From NCBI GenBank assembly GCA_964549305.1, contig CAZJVM010000003.1:1-64000 (forward strand): a stretch of 64,000 nucleotides of DNA, read 5' to 3'. A model generated the notes under the pieces. The model saw nothing but the letters and a program-made list of their open reading frames with translations, was not told the DNA's origin and ran no database searches. The position numbers and the translations under genes were made by a program. Shown here piece by piece: positions 30,210 to 39,909 of this stretch (its first letter is position 1; each line of letters opens with the position of its first letter). The stretch comes from an uncultured bacterium (GTDB taxonomy: Bacteria; Schekmanbacteria; GWA2-38-11; J061).

Positions 30210-32411
30210 TTAGGGATAGTGTACAAAGAGAAGCATAGGGGATGATTGTAATTCCGGCTTAGGCATCTCATAGAGCAAAGGGGATGTGTCTTCGTCATAA
30301 TATCGGTTTGCCGTAATAAGCGATTCATTGTAAACAAACCTGTATGCCTTCCTTTCAGGATAAAGTTTCATCAGTTTTAAATTTTCTTCGTCTCCGAAAT
30401 CCCTTGCATAGATAATGTCGTTTTTCAGTTCTATGTCGTTTTGGATAAATCCTGCTCCGTAGTAGTTGGGCGCCGCTTCTCCGTTTCTGTAATAGCCGGA
30501 GCGAATGAATACAAGGGCATCGTGAATCCCTGATTTTTTGACTGTATTTTCAAGGGTTTTGTCCATATTCCAGTAACGGCTTGAGTAAAAGGAAATTTTT
30601 TCGGGAAACGATGTACCCGCCGAATAAAAAAGAAGAATGAGAAGAAAAAAGGGCGTTATTAAATATGATGCTCTGTTCATATCAAAAGCGCTTACATTGT
30701 GGAGTGTTCTTTTTACGAATTCGTGCAGAATTAGAAAACCTCTTGCAATTAAGAACAATAGCATAAGTATTGTTTCAAAATAGTATCTTGGACCAAAAGC
30801 TATTCCGTTAAAGTAATAACAAAAATAGCCCGCCATATTGAGGATTATCGATGAGAGAAAGAGGTATTCCAATATGCCCGCTCTTGCAAAGACAAAGGGG
30901 ACAAGTGCCACAAGAAGGAATAATCTCGGGAATCCCAGAATATCCGATGATAATTCTTTCAGATTTGCGCGCGTGTTAACCCATCCGTCAGAAAAACTAT
31001 GTCCATATTCGGCAAGATAAGGAAGTCCTATATCTTCACCGAAACCAAGTCTGTCCGTCGGGCAGTATTTGTTAAAAGGGGTGAGCAGCATATCGCCCGT
31101 GAGCAGGGAGTTGTAGAGCAGGAAAAATCCCAGGAGCAGGGCAAAAGGAATTATAAACAGAATGACATTTTTGAGATTTATCTTTTTTCTGAGAAGAAGG
31201 ATAAATCCGTAGATGATAAAGGGCGCGGAAAAAGTAACTGCTGTCAGAGGCCTTATGTTAAAAGCGCAACCGAGGGCAACGCCTTCGATAAAAGACGAAA
31301 GATAAGTTTTGTTATTTACAGTCTTAAAAAAAGAATAAAGAAAAAGTGTGAGAAAAAAAAGACAGCTTGTATGAGATAGATAGGAAGCGTCGATGAATAT
31401 GAGAAAGGGCGAAAAAAGCGGCAGTATGAGCATTAACGATGAACTGTTGCCGTCAGTGTTTTCTTTTAAAAAGAGATAAAAAAGGAAAACGGCAATTGCG
31501 CCAAGCAATGGATTTATCAGCCATGGCACGTTGAAGAGTATTCCCGCAGCAAGAAGCAGTGATGAGCCTGCAAAGTATTTTCCATACCATTTAGCTCCGT
31601 CGGTTACTATGAATTCATAATCGAAAAACTTGGGTATGGGGGGAGACTGGGCGTAAAGTTTTCCCGATGCAAACACCTTTGCCTGAAAAAGGTAGGCGAC
31701 TTCATCCTGTATATGGGGCATTGCGTCAAGGGCGGTAAAAAATATTACAACAGGTATGAAAATATAAAGAATCACGAGAATAATTTTTATTCCTCTGCCT
31801 GAAAGTATTCGCCTGAATGATTCAGAAAGATTGATTTTTCCCGCTGAAAGAGCAGATGCAAGGAAGAGCGAAACCGAAAGGATTGCAAGAATGATTATCC
31901 CCTCGTCAACGCGGTTTCTCAAAAAAGTTGATTCGAGTTTTCCTATAAATCTCGCCGAAAGAGCGAATAGCGCTTCTGAAAGAAGAAGAATGATGCAGGG
32001 AAAATAGGCGGTTTTTCTCTTGCTCTTCTCTTTTTCGCCTTTCCCGGAAAAAATGACGGATGCCGCGAGAGATATAAACAAAAATATTATGAAATAGGAA
32101 AGGCACAGGGAAATCGGAATGTAGATTTTAAAGAAATAGAGAATCAGGGGTGAGAAAGAAAGAGGCGCTGAAATAAACAATATGTTCTTGATTTTTAAAA
32201 TTTCTGAGAGAGAGGAATATACGTTTAAAAACAATGCCGCTATTATTGGATAAAGAAAAACAAGAAGGGAGAATATGAAAGCAGCGGAATGTCCAGGCGG
32301 ATTCAGCCTTATTTTCTCTGAAATCAAAAAGCTTAAATAGAGGATGGGAATGTTAATTAAAAAAAATATGATTGATCCCGAAGGCAAAGATATCCGGTTT
32401 GTATTTTTCAT
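30210..32411 (-). CDS. GT-C-type membrane glycosyltransferase; start probably ATG 32411
   Basis: PHIQDEVAYLFQAKVFA, YGKY, NIRP and FGPRYYFE; many TMs. Confidence 0.7.
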   Translation of the reverse strand: MKNTNRISLPSGSIIFFLINIPILYLSFLISEKIRLNPPGHSAAFIFSLLVFLYPIIAALFLNVYSSLSEILKIKNILFISAPLSFSPLILYFFKIYIPISLCLSYFIIFLFISLAASVIFSGKGEKEKSKRKTAYFPCIILLLSEALFALSARFIGKLESTFLRNRVDEGIIILAILSVSLFLASALSAGKINLSESFRRILSGRGIKIILVILYIFIPVVIFFTALDAMPHIQDEVAYLFQAKVFASGKLYAQSPPIPKFFDYEFIVTDGAKWYGKYFAGSSLLLAAGILFNVPWLINPLLGAIAVFLFYLFLKENTDGNSSSLMLILPLFSPFLIFIDASYLSHTSCLFFLTLFLYSFFKTVNNKTYLSSFIEGVALGCAFNIRPLTAVTFSAPFIIYGFILLLRKKINLKNVILFIIPFALLLGFFLLYNSLLTGDMLLTPFNKYCPTDRLGFGEDIGLPYLAEYGHSFSDGWVNTRANLKELSSDILGFPRLFLLVALVPFVFARAGILEYLFLSSIILNMAGYFCYYFNGIAFGPRYYFETILMLLFLIARGFLILHEFVKRTLHNVSAFDMNRASYLITPFFLLILLFYSAGTSFPEKISFYSSRYWNMDKTLENTVKKSGIHDALVFIRSGYYRNGEAAPNYYGAGFIQNDIELKNDIIYARDFGDEENLKLMKLYPERKAYRFVYNESLITANRYYDEDTSPLLYEMPKPELQSSPMLLFVHYP

Positions 32412-32416
32412 ATTTA

Positions 32417-33529
32417 TCAATACTCCCTCAGACAACACCTGAGGCAGTCATTAAAAAGTCCCTTTTTCTTAATTTTGTTTCTGAAGTTTTTGTATTGCAT
32501 TGAATTCCACAATTGATGGAAAGGCGTACTGTTTATATTGCCGAGAGGAAAATGCACGCAGGGACCTATATCACCGGAAGGCGTTATCATCAATTTTTGC
32601 CACGGTGTATAACAGCGTTTTTCAAAAGGATATGAAATATCGTTGTAGTATTCATCAATCCTGTCTTCTGGCACAGAAGGATAAAAATATACTTTAAGCG
32701 GAGATTTGATTCTTTTTATTTCTTTCATCTCTGATATTACCGATTCCGCGGAGATGTCACCCTGAAACACATATCCGAGTATGTCTATGGACTTGTTATC
32801 TTCCTTTTTTATTTCATTGTTCCCTTTCTCTGTAGAAAACATGGGATGTTGAAATGAAAGCGCATCTGCGCCTATCTCCTCTGCCACGGGAACGACATCC
32901 TTTAAATTAGCGTAGTTGAAGGGGGTTATGAGGCAATTCACTCTGATAAGCGGAAAGACCGTATTCATCGATTTCTTTATTTCGTTGAGCTTTTTCACAC
33001 CGTTAATAATCTTCTGGTAAGTGTTGCCCCTGTTGCGGTTATGAATTTCTTCGGGTCCGTCAAGAGATATTACTAACCTGTCTGTGCCCGCCCTGACGGT
33101 TTCTTCGGCGAATTTTTCAAGTAGCGCGCCGTTTGTATTTACAAGAGAGTAAAGTTTGTTTTCCCGAAGAAAGGATAAAAGCTCTGTTATTCTGCTATAT
33201 AAGAAAGGTTCTCCGCCTGAAAGATATATTGTCGGAGAAAAATACTTTATATGGGAAAGAAACTGTTTTAGATTATCAAAATCTAGTTCCTCATTTTGTT
33301 TTGACCGGGAAAGTTCATCCGAACTTTTCCCGAATTCGAAACATAGCTTACAGCGAAGATTGCACTTGTATGTAAGGTCAATTCTTACCGTGTCGGGAAG
33401 AAAACTAAAGCCCTTTAGGAGGCGATAATCAAGTTTTGCTTTATCCTTTACGCGCGCAAGAAAACTCCGCAATCCGTAACGGGGATTTTTCAAAAGACTT
33501 CTGATGCGGTTTTCACTATTATTTGCCAT
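32417..33529 (-). CDS. Radical SAM protein with twitch/SPASM domain
   Basis: CNLRCKLC, GGEP and SLDG; C-terminal CYTPW...GPC...GNI...CLRCC. Confidence 0.9.
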   Translation of the reverse strand: MANNSENRIRSLLKNPRYGLRSFLARVKDKAKLDYRLLKGFSFLPDTVRIDLTYKCNLRCKLCFEFGKSSDELSRSKQNEELDFDNLKQFLSHIKYFSPTIYLSGGEPFLYSRITELLSFLRENKLYSLVNTNGALLEKFAEETVRAGTDRLVISLDGPEEIHNRNRGNTYQKIINGVKKLNEIKKSMNTVFPLIRVNCLITPFNYANLKDVVPVAEEIGADALSFQHPMFSTEKGNNEIKKEDNKSIDILGYVFQGDISAESVISEMKEIKRIKSPLKVYFYPSVPEDRIDEYYNDISYPFEKRCYTPWQKLMITPSGDIGPCVHFPLGNINSTPFHQLWNSMQYKNFRNKIKKKGLFNDCLRCCLREY

Positions 33530-33670
33530 GGAAAAATATTCGGCCTTTTTTGTCTGTCTTTACAAAATAGAATATTATACCTGTTTTTATTAAGTTAATT
33601 AAAAAAAACCTTTTTGTCTGAAATATTTTCGGGAAATTGTGCGGGATAAATATATAAAAACTGAATTTCT

Positions 33671-35635
33671 CTATTTTATATAGCCGAGTGCCTTGAGCTT
33701 TTCCTGCATTTCGCTGTCCAATTTTGGCCTGCTTCCCGGTATTACGGTTTTTTGGATATTGATTTTTTTATCCAAAAGAGCTTTTAACTTTTCCGCTTTT
33801 TCTTTTTCACTTGAAATAATATTTAGATTTTCTTCGGGGTCGTTTCTTCTGTTGTACAATTCCGAATCACCCTTTGATGAGGTTATCAGGGTGTTTTTGG
33901 AATTTCTCAGGGAAAAAAGATCCCGTTCGAATTTCAAAATATTTTGCGCATAGAGAGAATCTTCGTATATTTCACTGAGAGCATATTCCTTTCCCGATTC
34001 GACATTTTCACCGGTGGTAAAGAGTTTAAGACTGCGGTCGGGAATGTTGTCTCTATATTCAATTCCCGCGAAATCGAGTATAGTTTGATAAATGTCTGTT
34101 GACCCCACAATGGAATTCACAGTCAAACCTTTTTGTGTTTTTCCCGTAAAATGAATGATAAGCGGTATATGTGTCTGCTCTGTATAAAGACTATGTCCGT
34201 GATCCCACAGTCCGTGTTCACCAATACTTTCTCCATGATCTGAAGTTACTATTACAAGTGTATTATTCCATAAGCGCAACTCTTTCATTTTTTCAAAGAG
34301 CACTCCAATATAGTTGTCGAGGAAAAGGATTTCACCATCATAAAGATCGTTCAGATGTTGAAAATATTCCGGTGATATGTTCAGTTTTCCCGTTACGGAG
34401 TCTCTTCTTCCCGCAAGGTCTTTGAATTCCACTCTTTGAGGAAAATCGATTTTATTGTCTGAAAAAATGTTGAACCTGTCAGGAGGTTCATAAGGCGAAT
34501 GAACGTCATTGAAGTTTATAAATAGAAAAAATGGTTTGTCCTTTCTTATTTTTTCCAATTTTTTGGTTATCAGAGGTATTAACTCATCTGCTTTTCTGTA
34601 ACCGTTGGGAAAGACGAAGCGTTTGTAGGGTATGTAATTATCGTAACCCTTCTCGAGTATTTTTTTTGAAAGATTTAGGAATAAAAGAGGTGTTGTATTG
34701 TCGATAAATCCTAAACTGTCAACGTTTTCATCAAAGAATGAAAATCCCTGCGTAATTCCGACTTTTTTTGATAACCAGGCATTACCCGTAAAGCCAATTG
34801 TTTCCCATCCTTTTTCAGAAAGAATTTCCGCGATTGTTTGATTCGATTCATCAAGGTAGAGATGTTTGTATGTAGCACCGTGTGAAGAAGGATACAACCC
34901 CGTGAATATGGAAGAATGACTCGGGAAAGTCCACGATGACGCAGAAAAACAATTTGTGAATAAAACTCCCTTTGAGGCGAGTTTGTCGAGGTTTGGTGAT
35001 GTTTTCCTTGGATATCCGTAACAGGATAAATGGTCTGCCCTTGCTGTGTCCATTACGATTAAGATTATATTAGGTTTATCTGTTGTTCCCGGTGAAGTAT
35101 CTCCGGTGTCAAAAATTGGTTTAATGAACATGATTATTAAACCTGCAATGATGAAAAGTAATGCAGTTGCGGAAATTATTTTTTTATTTTTCCAAAATAA
35201 ATTTAGTATTTTAGAAAATGCCCAAGACAGTATAACCGTGCAGAGAATGATGCCCGCAAAAACAGCAAGTCTAACAATCAAGTTTTTTTCAAGAGGATTA
35301 ATGGATAGTGCAAAAAGTTTTATGTAGAAATAAACAATGAAAATTGCAGGCAGGAAGTTTTTAACATAATTTCTGATATTTTTTGGAAATACTTTAAAAA
35401 TGAGAAGAGAAAAAAAGGTTGATAACATTCCTGCGAAGAACCCGGTAATTCCGTAAAGGATGCCGGCATATGCGATTAAAGAATTGCCTGTCTGAAGGTT
35501 TGGGCTAATTAAAGAATTGCTTTTAGAGAGAAAGTAGAGTGATTCCGTTACTCCCGTTAGAAACGCAGTCAGGAATCCTGCAAAGCAATATATTATTAAA
35601 AAATCAAAATTTACGTATACTGATTTTTGTTTCAT
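33671..35635 (-). CDS. Membrane-anchored sulfatase-fold (alkaline phosphatase superfamily) protein, Thr nucleophile
   Basis: About 5 N-terminal TMs; PNIILIVMDTARADH, WTFPSH, HSPY, YDGEI and SDHGE. Confidence 0.85.
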   Translation of the reverse strand: MKQKSVYVNFDFLIIYCFAGFLTAFLTGVTESLYFLSKSNSLISPNLQTGNSLIAYAGILYGITGFFAGMLSTFFSLLIFKVFPKNIRNYVKNFLPAIFIVYFYIKLFALSINPLEKNLIVRLAVFAGIILCTVILSWAFSKILNLFWKNKKIISATALLFIIAGLIIMFIKPIFDTGDTSPGTTDKPNIILIVMDTARADHLSCYGYPRKTSPNLDKLASKGVLFTNCFSASSWTFPSHSSIFTGLYPSSHGATYKHLYLDESNQTIAEILSEKGWETIGFTGNAWLSKKVGITQGFSFFDENVDSLGFIDNTTPLLFLNLSKKILEKGYDNYIPYKRFVFPNGYRKADELIPLITKKLEKIRKDKPFFLFINFNDVHSPYEPPDRFNIFSDNKIDFPQRVEFKDLAGRRDSVTGKLNISPEYFQHLNDLYDGEILFLDNYIGVLFEKMKELRLWNNTLVIVTSDHGESIGEHGLWDHGHSLYTEQTHIPLIIHFTGKTQKGLTVNSIVGSTDIYQTILDFAGIEYRDNIPDRSLKLFTTGENVESGKEYALSEIYEDSLYAQNILKFERDLFSLRNSKNTLITSSKGDSELYNRRNDPEENLNIISSEKEKAEKLKALLDKKINIQKTVIPGSRPKLDSEMQEKLKALGYIK

Positions 35636-35673
35636 AAAGATGAGATCAAAGAGTGATTGAAAACTGATTCAGA

Positions 35674-37056
35674 TTAATTTATATAACCGAGAGTTTTTAA
35701 ACGTTGTTCCAGTTTTTTGGCTATATTATCTCTTAGTTTTTGCAGTGATTTGGGAACTTCTTTGCTGTAATCTTTTTCCATGTCTTTGTTCCATGAATAA
35801 TTTTTTTCCCAATTTAGTATTTTTTCTCTAAGATTATTTGACACTTCCGGATTAACCTTAGCGATATTTAAAGATTCATTTGGGTCTTCTTTTATATTAT
35901 AAAGTTCTTCCTTTTCATAAAAATACTCTAATTCTTTAAGAGGTTTTGGATGATAACCTGTGGGATTATAAATATATTTAAAATTATCTGTTCTTACAGA
36001 AACTATTTTATTTTGCCATTCGGAATAGGCATCATTTAATTTAATATCTTTACCTTCAATGAGAGGATACAAACTGGTCCCTTCAAAATTGCTTTGAGGA
36101 GAAATTTCCAACAAGTTTAATATAGTGGGGGCAATATCAATGCTTTCAACTGTTTTATCTATTTTTTTCCCCGATGAAATTATTCCGGGCATTTTAAATA
36201 ACAGGGGAATTTTAAGAGTGCTGTCGTGAATTGAGGCGCCATGTTGAAAATAAAAATTGTGTTGATATAAATCCTCGCCATGGTCAGCAGTAAAAACAAT
36301 TAATGTTTTATCTTCCAGTTTTAATTGCCTGAGAACATTAATCAGTTTTTTAATTTCATTATCAATGCTTGCTATTTCACCGTCATATAGTGAAATGATA
36401 TGGTTTAAATCATTTTTCCGTAGTCCAATTTTATTAAGTGTGATTTTATACAATTGTTCTCTGCTTCCATTTATGTTTCCTTTATAATCAGGATCAAAGA
36501 GAGTTTTGTATGGTTCAGGCGGGTCATATGGGTCATGTGGTGCAATATAGTGTATCCAGAGAAAGATTTTCTTTTTAGAATTATTTTTCAGCCACTTGAT
36601 TGCCATAGTGGTAATTTCATTATCTCTTCCATGTTCCTGATGTTCAAAACCTCTCCACTTTGCATAATAGGAATTTGCCAAAAATGAAGCGCATGAATAT
36701 CCGTTATCTCTCAATATTTCAGCCAAACTGATTTTGCCTTCAGCTAACATCATTCCGTTTTCTCTAACCCCATGGGAAACGGGGTATAAAGAAGTCATTA
36801 TTGATGTAAGTGAAGGCCATGTTTGTCCTCTTTGTGCGATTACATTAGTAAATAAGGAACCTTTACTGGCAATTTCGTCTATTGTGGGGGAAGTGTTTCT
36901 TGCATATCCGTAGCAACCCAGATGATCCGGTCTTAAAGTATCAACAGATATAAACACTACATTGTATCCACTTGTTTTTTGATTATAGAGAGTTAAGGAA
37001 ATAATAACGAATATTAATAAAAGGACGGGGAAAATAATAATAAATTTTTTTTGCAT
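35674..37056 (-). CDS. Sulfatase-fold protein with N-terminal anchor, Thr nucleophile
   Basis: NVVFISVDTLRPDH, QTWPSL, PHDPY, YDGEI, ADHGE and LKTLGYI. Confidence 0.85.
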   Translation of the reverse strand: MQKKFIIIFPVLLLIFVIISLTLYNQKTSGYNVVFISVDTLRPDHLGCYGYARNTSPTIDEIASKGSLFTNVIAQRGQTWPSLTSIMTSLYPVSHGVRENGMMLAEGKISLAEILRDNGYSCASFLANSYYAKWRGFEHQEHGRDNEITTMAIKWLKNNSKKKIFLWIHYIAPHDPYDPPEPYKTLFDPDYKGNINGSREQLYKITLNKIGLRKNDLNHIISLYDGEIASIDNEIKKLINVLRQLKLEDKTLIVFTADHGEDLYQHNFYFQHGASIHDSTLKIPLLFKMPGIISSGKKIDKTVESIDIAPTILNLLEISPQSNFEGTSLYPLIEGKDIKLNDAYSEWQNKIVSVRTDNFKYIYNPTGYHPKPLKELEYFYEKEELYNIKEDPNESLNIAKVNPEVSNNLREKILNWEKNYSWNKDMEKDYSKEVPKSLQKLRDNIAKKLEQRLKTLGYIN

Positions 37057-37364
37057 TAAACTAACCTGCCGGAGAAAATTAAAACGCTATCTATTTTACA
37101 AACCAATAATATTATTATCTTTTGTCGCATTAAATTATTACTATAACAATAAACATTGTAAAGCTTATTTAGAAATATCAGATTTTTATAGAGGTAAAAT
37201 TTCTTAATAAAAAGAATTATTGAGAAAATCGGTTATTTGCCAAACTCACAAATGTATACTTTAATAAAGTGTACACAGAAATTTATCGATGATGAATTTT
37301 CCGAAAATCAGCTAAGTTGCATTTTATATATTCCTTTAATTAGTGGCAAATATTTTGAGACAAA

Positions 37365-38801
37365 ATGTTATTTAACTCAATAGAATTTGCAATATTCCTT
37401 CCTGTGGTGTTCATCATCTACTGGTTTATCCTAAAAAAGAATTTTAAAGCTCAAAACTTCTTTCTCCTTGTTTCAAGTTACATATTCTACGGATGGTGGG
37501 ACTGGAGATTTTTATCATTGATAATATTCAGTTCATCTGTGGATTACTTTGTAGGAATTGCGTTGTCGCGTGAGGAGAAGGAAGCAAAACGGAAACTTTT
37601 TTTACTTATCAGCATTTTAGTGAACTTGGGGTTGCTCGGATTTTTTAAATACTGGAATTTTTTCGTGGAGAGTTTTTCCGAAGCATTTACGCTTTTCGGA
37701 AAACATATAGAACCGGACAGACTGAATATCATACTTCCTGTGGGAATAAGTTTTTACACATTTCAAACTCTGAGTTATTCGATAGACGTCTACAGAAAAA
37801 AGTTTCGTCCCACCAAAGATGTTCTGGCATTTTTTGCCTTTGTGAGTTTTTTCCCTCAATTGGTTGCCGGTCCAATAGAAAGGGCAGTAAATCTTTTGCC
37901 GCAATTCTCCAGGGAGCGTAAATTTGATTACGAAAAATCGGTTGACGGAATGCGTCAGATTCTTTGCGGATTGTTTAAAAAAATCGTTATAGCGGATAAT
38001 TGCGCAGTTTTAGTCAATGACATTTTTTTAAATTATGACAAATATTCGGGCAGTACTCTTTTGGCAGGTACGGTTTTTTTCGCTTTTCAGATATATTGCG
38101 ATTTTTCGGGCTATTCTGACATCGCAATAGGCACGGCAAGATTGTTTGGTTTTCAACTGATGAGAAATTTCGCGTTTCCCTATTTTTCAAGGGATATTGC
38201 TGAATTCTGGCGAAGATGGCATATTTCCCTTTCAACGTGGTTTCGTGATTATGTCTATATCCCCCTCGGAGGTAGCAGGGGAAGCACTTGGGAAAAAATA
38301 CGAAATACCTTTGTAATCTTTCTTGTAAGCGGATTCTGGCACGGGGCGAACTGGACATTTATAGTTTGGGGATTTATCAATGCCCTATATTTCCTTCCTC
38401 TGCTACTTCTTAAACGAAACAGAAAATTCACTGACAATGCGGCGGAAGGGAAAATATTTCCCGGAATCAGGGAATTTTTTCAGATTTGCTGCACTTTCGG
38501 ATTAACGGTTGTGGCGTGGATATTTTTTAGAGCGGAAAACATCAGCCAAGCTTTAAGTTATCTGTCTTCAATGTTTTCCGCTTCTTTATTTTCTCTTCCG
38601 AAAATAAAGTCGGGTAATTTAATTATTATTCTTTTGATCTTTATTTTTGTTGAATGGTTTCAGCGAGACAAGCAGCATGCCCTTCAGTTTGACAATGTAA
38701 AAATACCCGCTTTCATTCGCTGGGGCATTTATTATGCGATTATTCTAATGATTTTCGGATTAGGCGGAAATAAGCAGGAGTTCATCTATTTTCAGTTTTA
38801 G
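37365..38801 (+). CDS. MBOAT O-acyltransferase (AlgI/PatA family)
   Basis: LPVGISFYTFQ, FFPQLVAGPIER, DFSGYSD, FWRRWHISLS and SGFWHGA. Confidence 0.95.
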   Translation: MLFNSIEFAIFLPVVFIIYWFILKKNFKAQNFFLLVSSYIFYGWWDWRFLSLIIFSSSVDYFVGIALSREEKEAKRKLFLLISILVNLGLLGFFKYWNFFVESFSEAFTLFGKHIEPDRLNIILPVGISFYTFQTLSYSIDVYRKKFRPTKDVLAFFAFVSFFPQLVAGPIERAVNLLPQFSRERKFDYEKSVDGMRQILCGLFKKIVIADNCAVLVNDIFLNYDKYSGSTLLAGTVFFAFQIYCDFSGYSDIAIGTARLFGFQLMRNFAFPYFSRDIAEFWRRWHISLSTWFRDYVYIPLGGSRGSTWEKIRNTFVIFLVSGFWHGANWTFIVWGFINALYFLPLLLLKRNRKFTDNAAEGKIFPGIREFFQICCTFGLTVVAWIFFRAENISQALSYLSSMFSASLFSLPKIKSGNLIIILLIFIFVEWFQRDKQHALQFDNVKIPAFIRWGIYYAIILMIFGLGGNKQEFIYFQF

Positions 38802-38806
38802 GAACG

Positions 38807-39691
38807 ATGAAAAAATTTTTAGAGAAAATATCATTATTTGTGCTTATCTATTGCCTCATTATGACTGTCAATTTTCTTTTAAACTCCTACTTCATTCAAA
38901 CCAACAGTCCAAAAATAAATGCAGGGACTCTCGTGACAGGTGATTCATATACCGCCCTTGCAATCAATCCTGAAATAATGAGAGATTCGGCAAACATCAG
39001 CATATTTGCCGAACCGTATATCATCACTTATTTTAAAATGAGAAAAATACTTAAAACGAATTCATTAAGAACAATACTGATCGGTTATTCCTATCACAAC
39101 ATTTCCGCATTCAATGATACGAAATTCAAGGACCCCGTCTGGTCACACAGGTTTTTCGAGAAAAGTTATCCCATTTTATCTCTTTCGGATTTGGAAGGTC
39201 TGGATGTCAATTATCTGGAATATATTAAAGTAATAAACAAATATATGTGTTCATATCCTTCCTCGCGTCATTACAGTTATATAGGTTCTTTCCAAAGGGA
39301 TTTTGACAGGTCTGAAGAATTTAACAGTGAGGAAGCAATCGAGAGACATTTCTTTATTGATAGCGAAAATGCGGGAATATCGAAAATCTCGGAAAATTAT
39401 TTGGATATGCTGTTGGGACTGGCGAATGAACGGAATATAAAGGTAATTCTGCTTTCCACTCCCCTGCATAAATCTTATCTTGATAAAGTTCCCGTAAATT
39501 TCAAGGAAGAATATGATGAATTCAGAAAAAAAATATTGAAAAAATATGCAAATACGGCCTTTTGGGATTACAGCAAATTGTTTTCGGAAAATAAATATTT
39601 TAAAAACACCGACCATTTAAACATCGATGGGGCGAATAAATTTTCACAACTTCTGAGAGAACGCCTCCAGAAAAAAATAGACTTTAAATAG
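38807..39691 (+). CDS. SGNH-like extracytoplasmic partner of the MBOAT
   Basis: N-terminal TM, GDS block I and TDHLN catalytic His; 5 bp after the MBOAT gene. Confidence 0.7.
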   Translation: MKKFLEKISLFVLIYCLIMTVNFLLNSYFIQTNSPKINAGTLVTGDSYTALAINPEIMRDSANISIFAEPYIITYFKMRKILKTNSLRTILIGYSYHNISAFNDTKFKDPVWSHRFFEKSYPILSLSDLEGLDVNYLEYIKVINKYMCSYPSSRHYSYIGSFQRDFDRSEEFNSEEAIERHFFIDSENAGISKISENYLDMLLGLANERNIKVILLSTPLHKSYLDKVPVNFKEEYDEFRKKILKKYANTAFWDYSKLFSENKYFKNTDHLNIDGANKFSQLLRERLQKKIDFK

Positions 39692-39909
39692 CATTAATAA
39701 AAAATGCTTTGCGCCGTTATAATTGCTTTCTGTCCGCATATGTTATCTTAAAGGAGTTTTTGAGTTACTTTTGAGTGTGTTCGATTTACAATAAGAAAAT
39801 GTTTTCTCCGGGTCTCTGTACCCTTTGTGAGAAATGATTTAGTTTCATTTGTTTTTGAATATTCCTGTCATGCAGGAAGATAAAATGATGAACCGGAGGT
39901 TTTTCAAAT

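Noticed and set aside
32417-37056. Sulfatases plus anaerobic sulfatase-maturating enzyme (anSME)
   Set aside because: The sulfatase-fold proteins lack C/S-x-P-x-R, and the radical SAM has too few auxiliary Cys for a full two-cluster SPASM domain.
39862-39878. Inverted repeat TTCCTG-N5-CAGGAA upstream of the 39910 gene
   Set aside because: 6-bp arms, single instance; could be chance.
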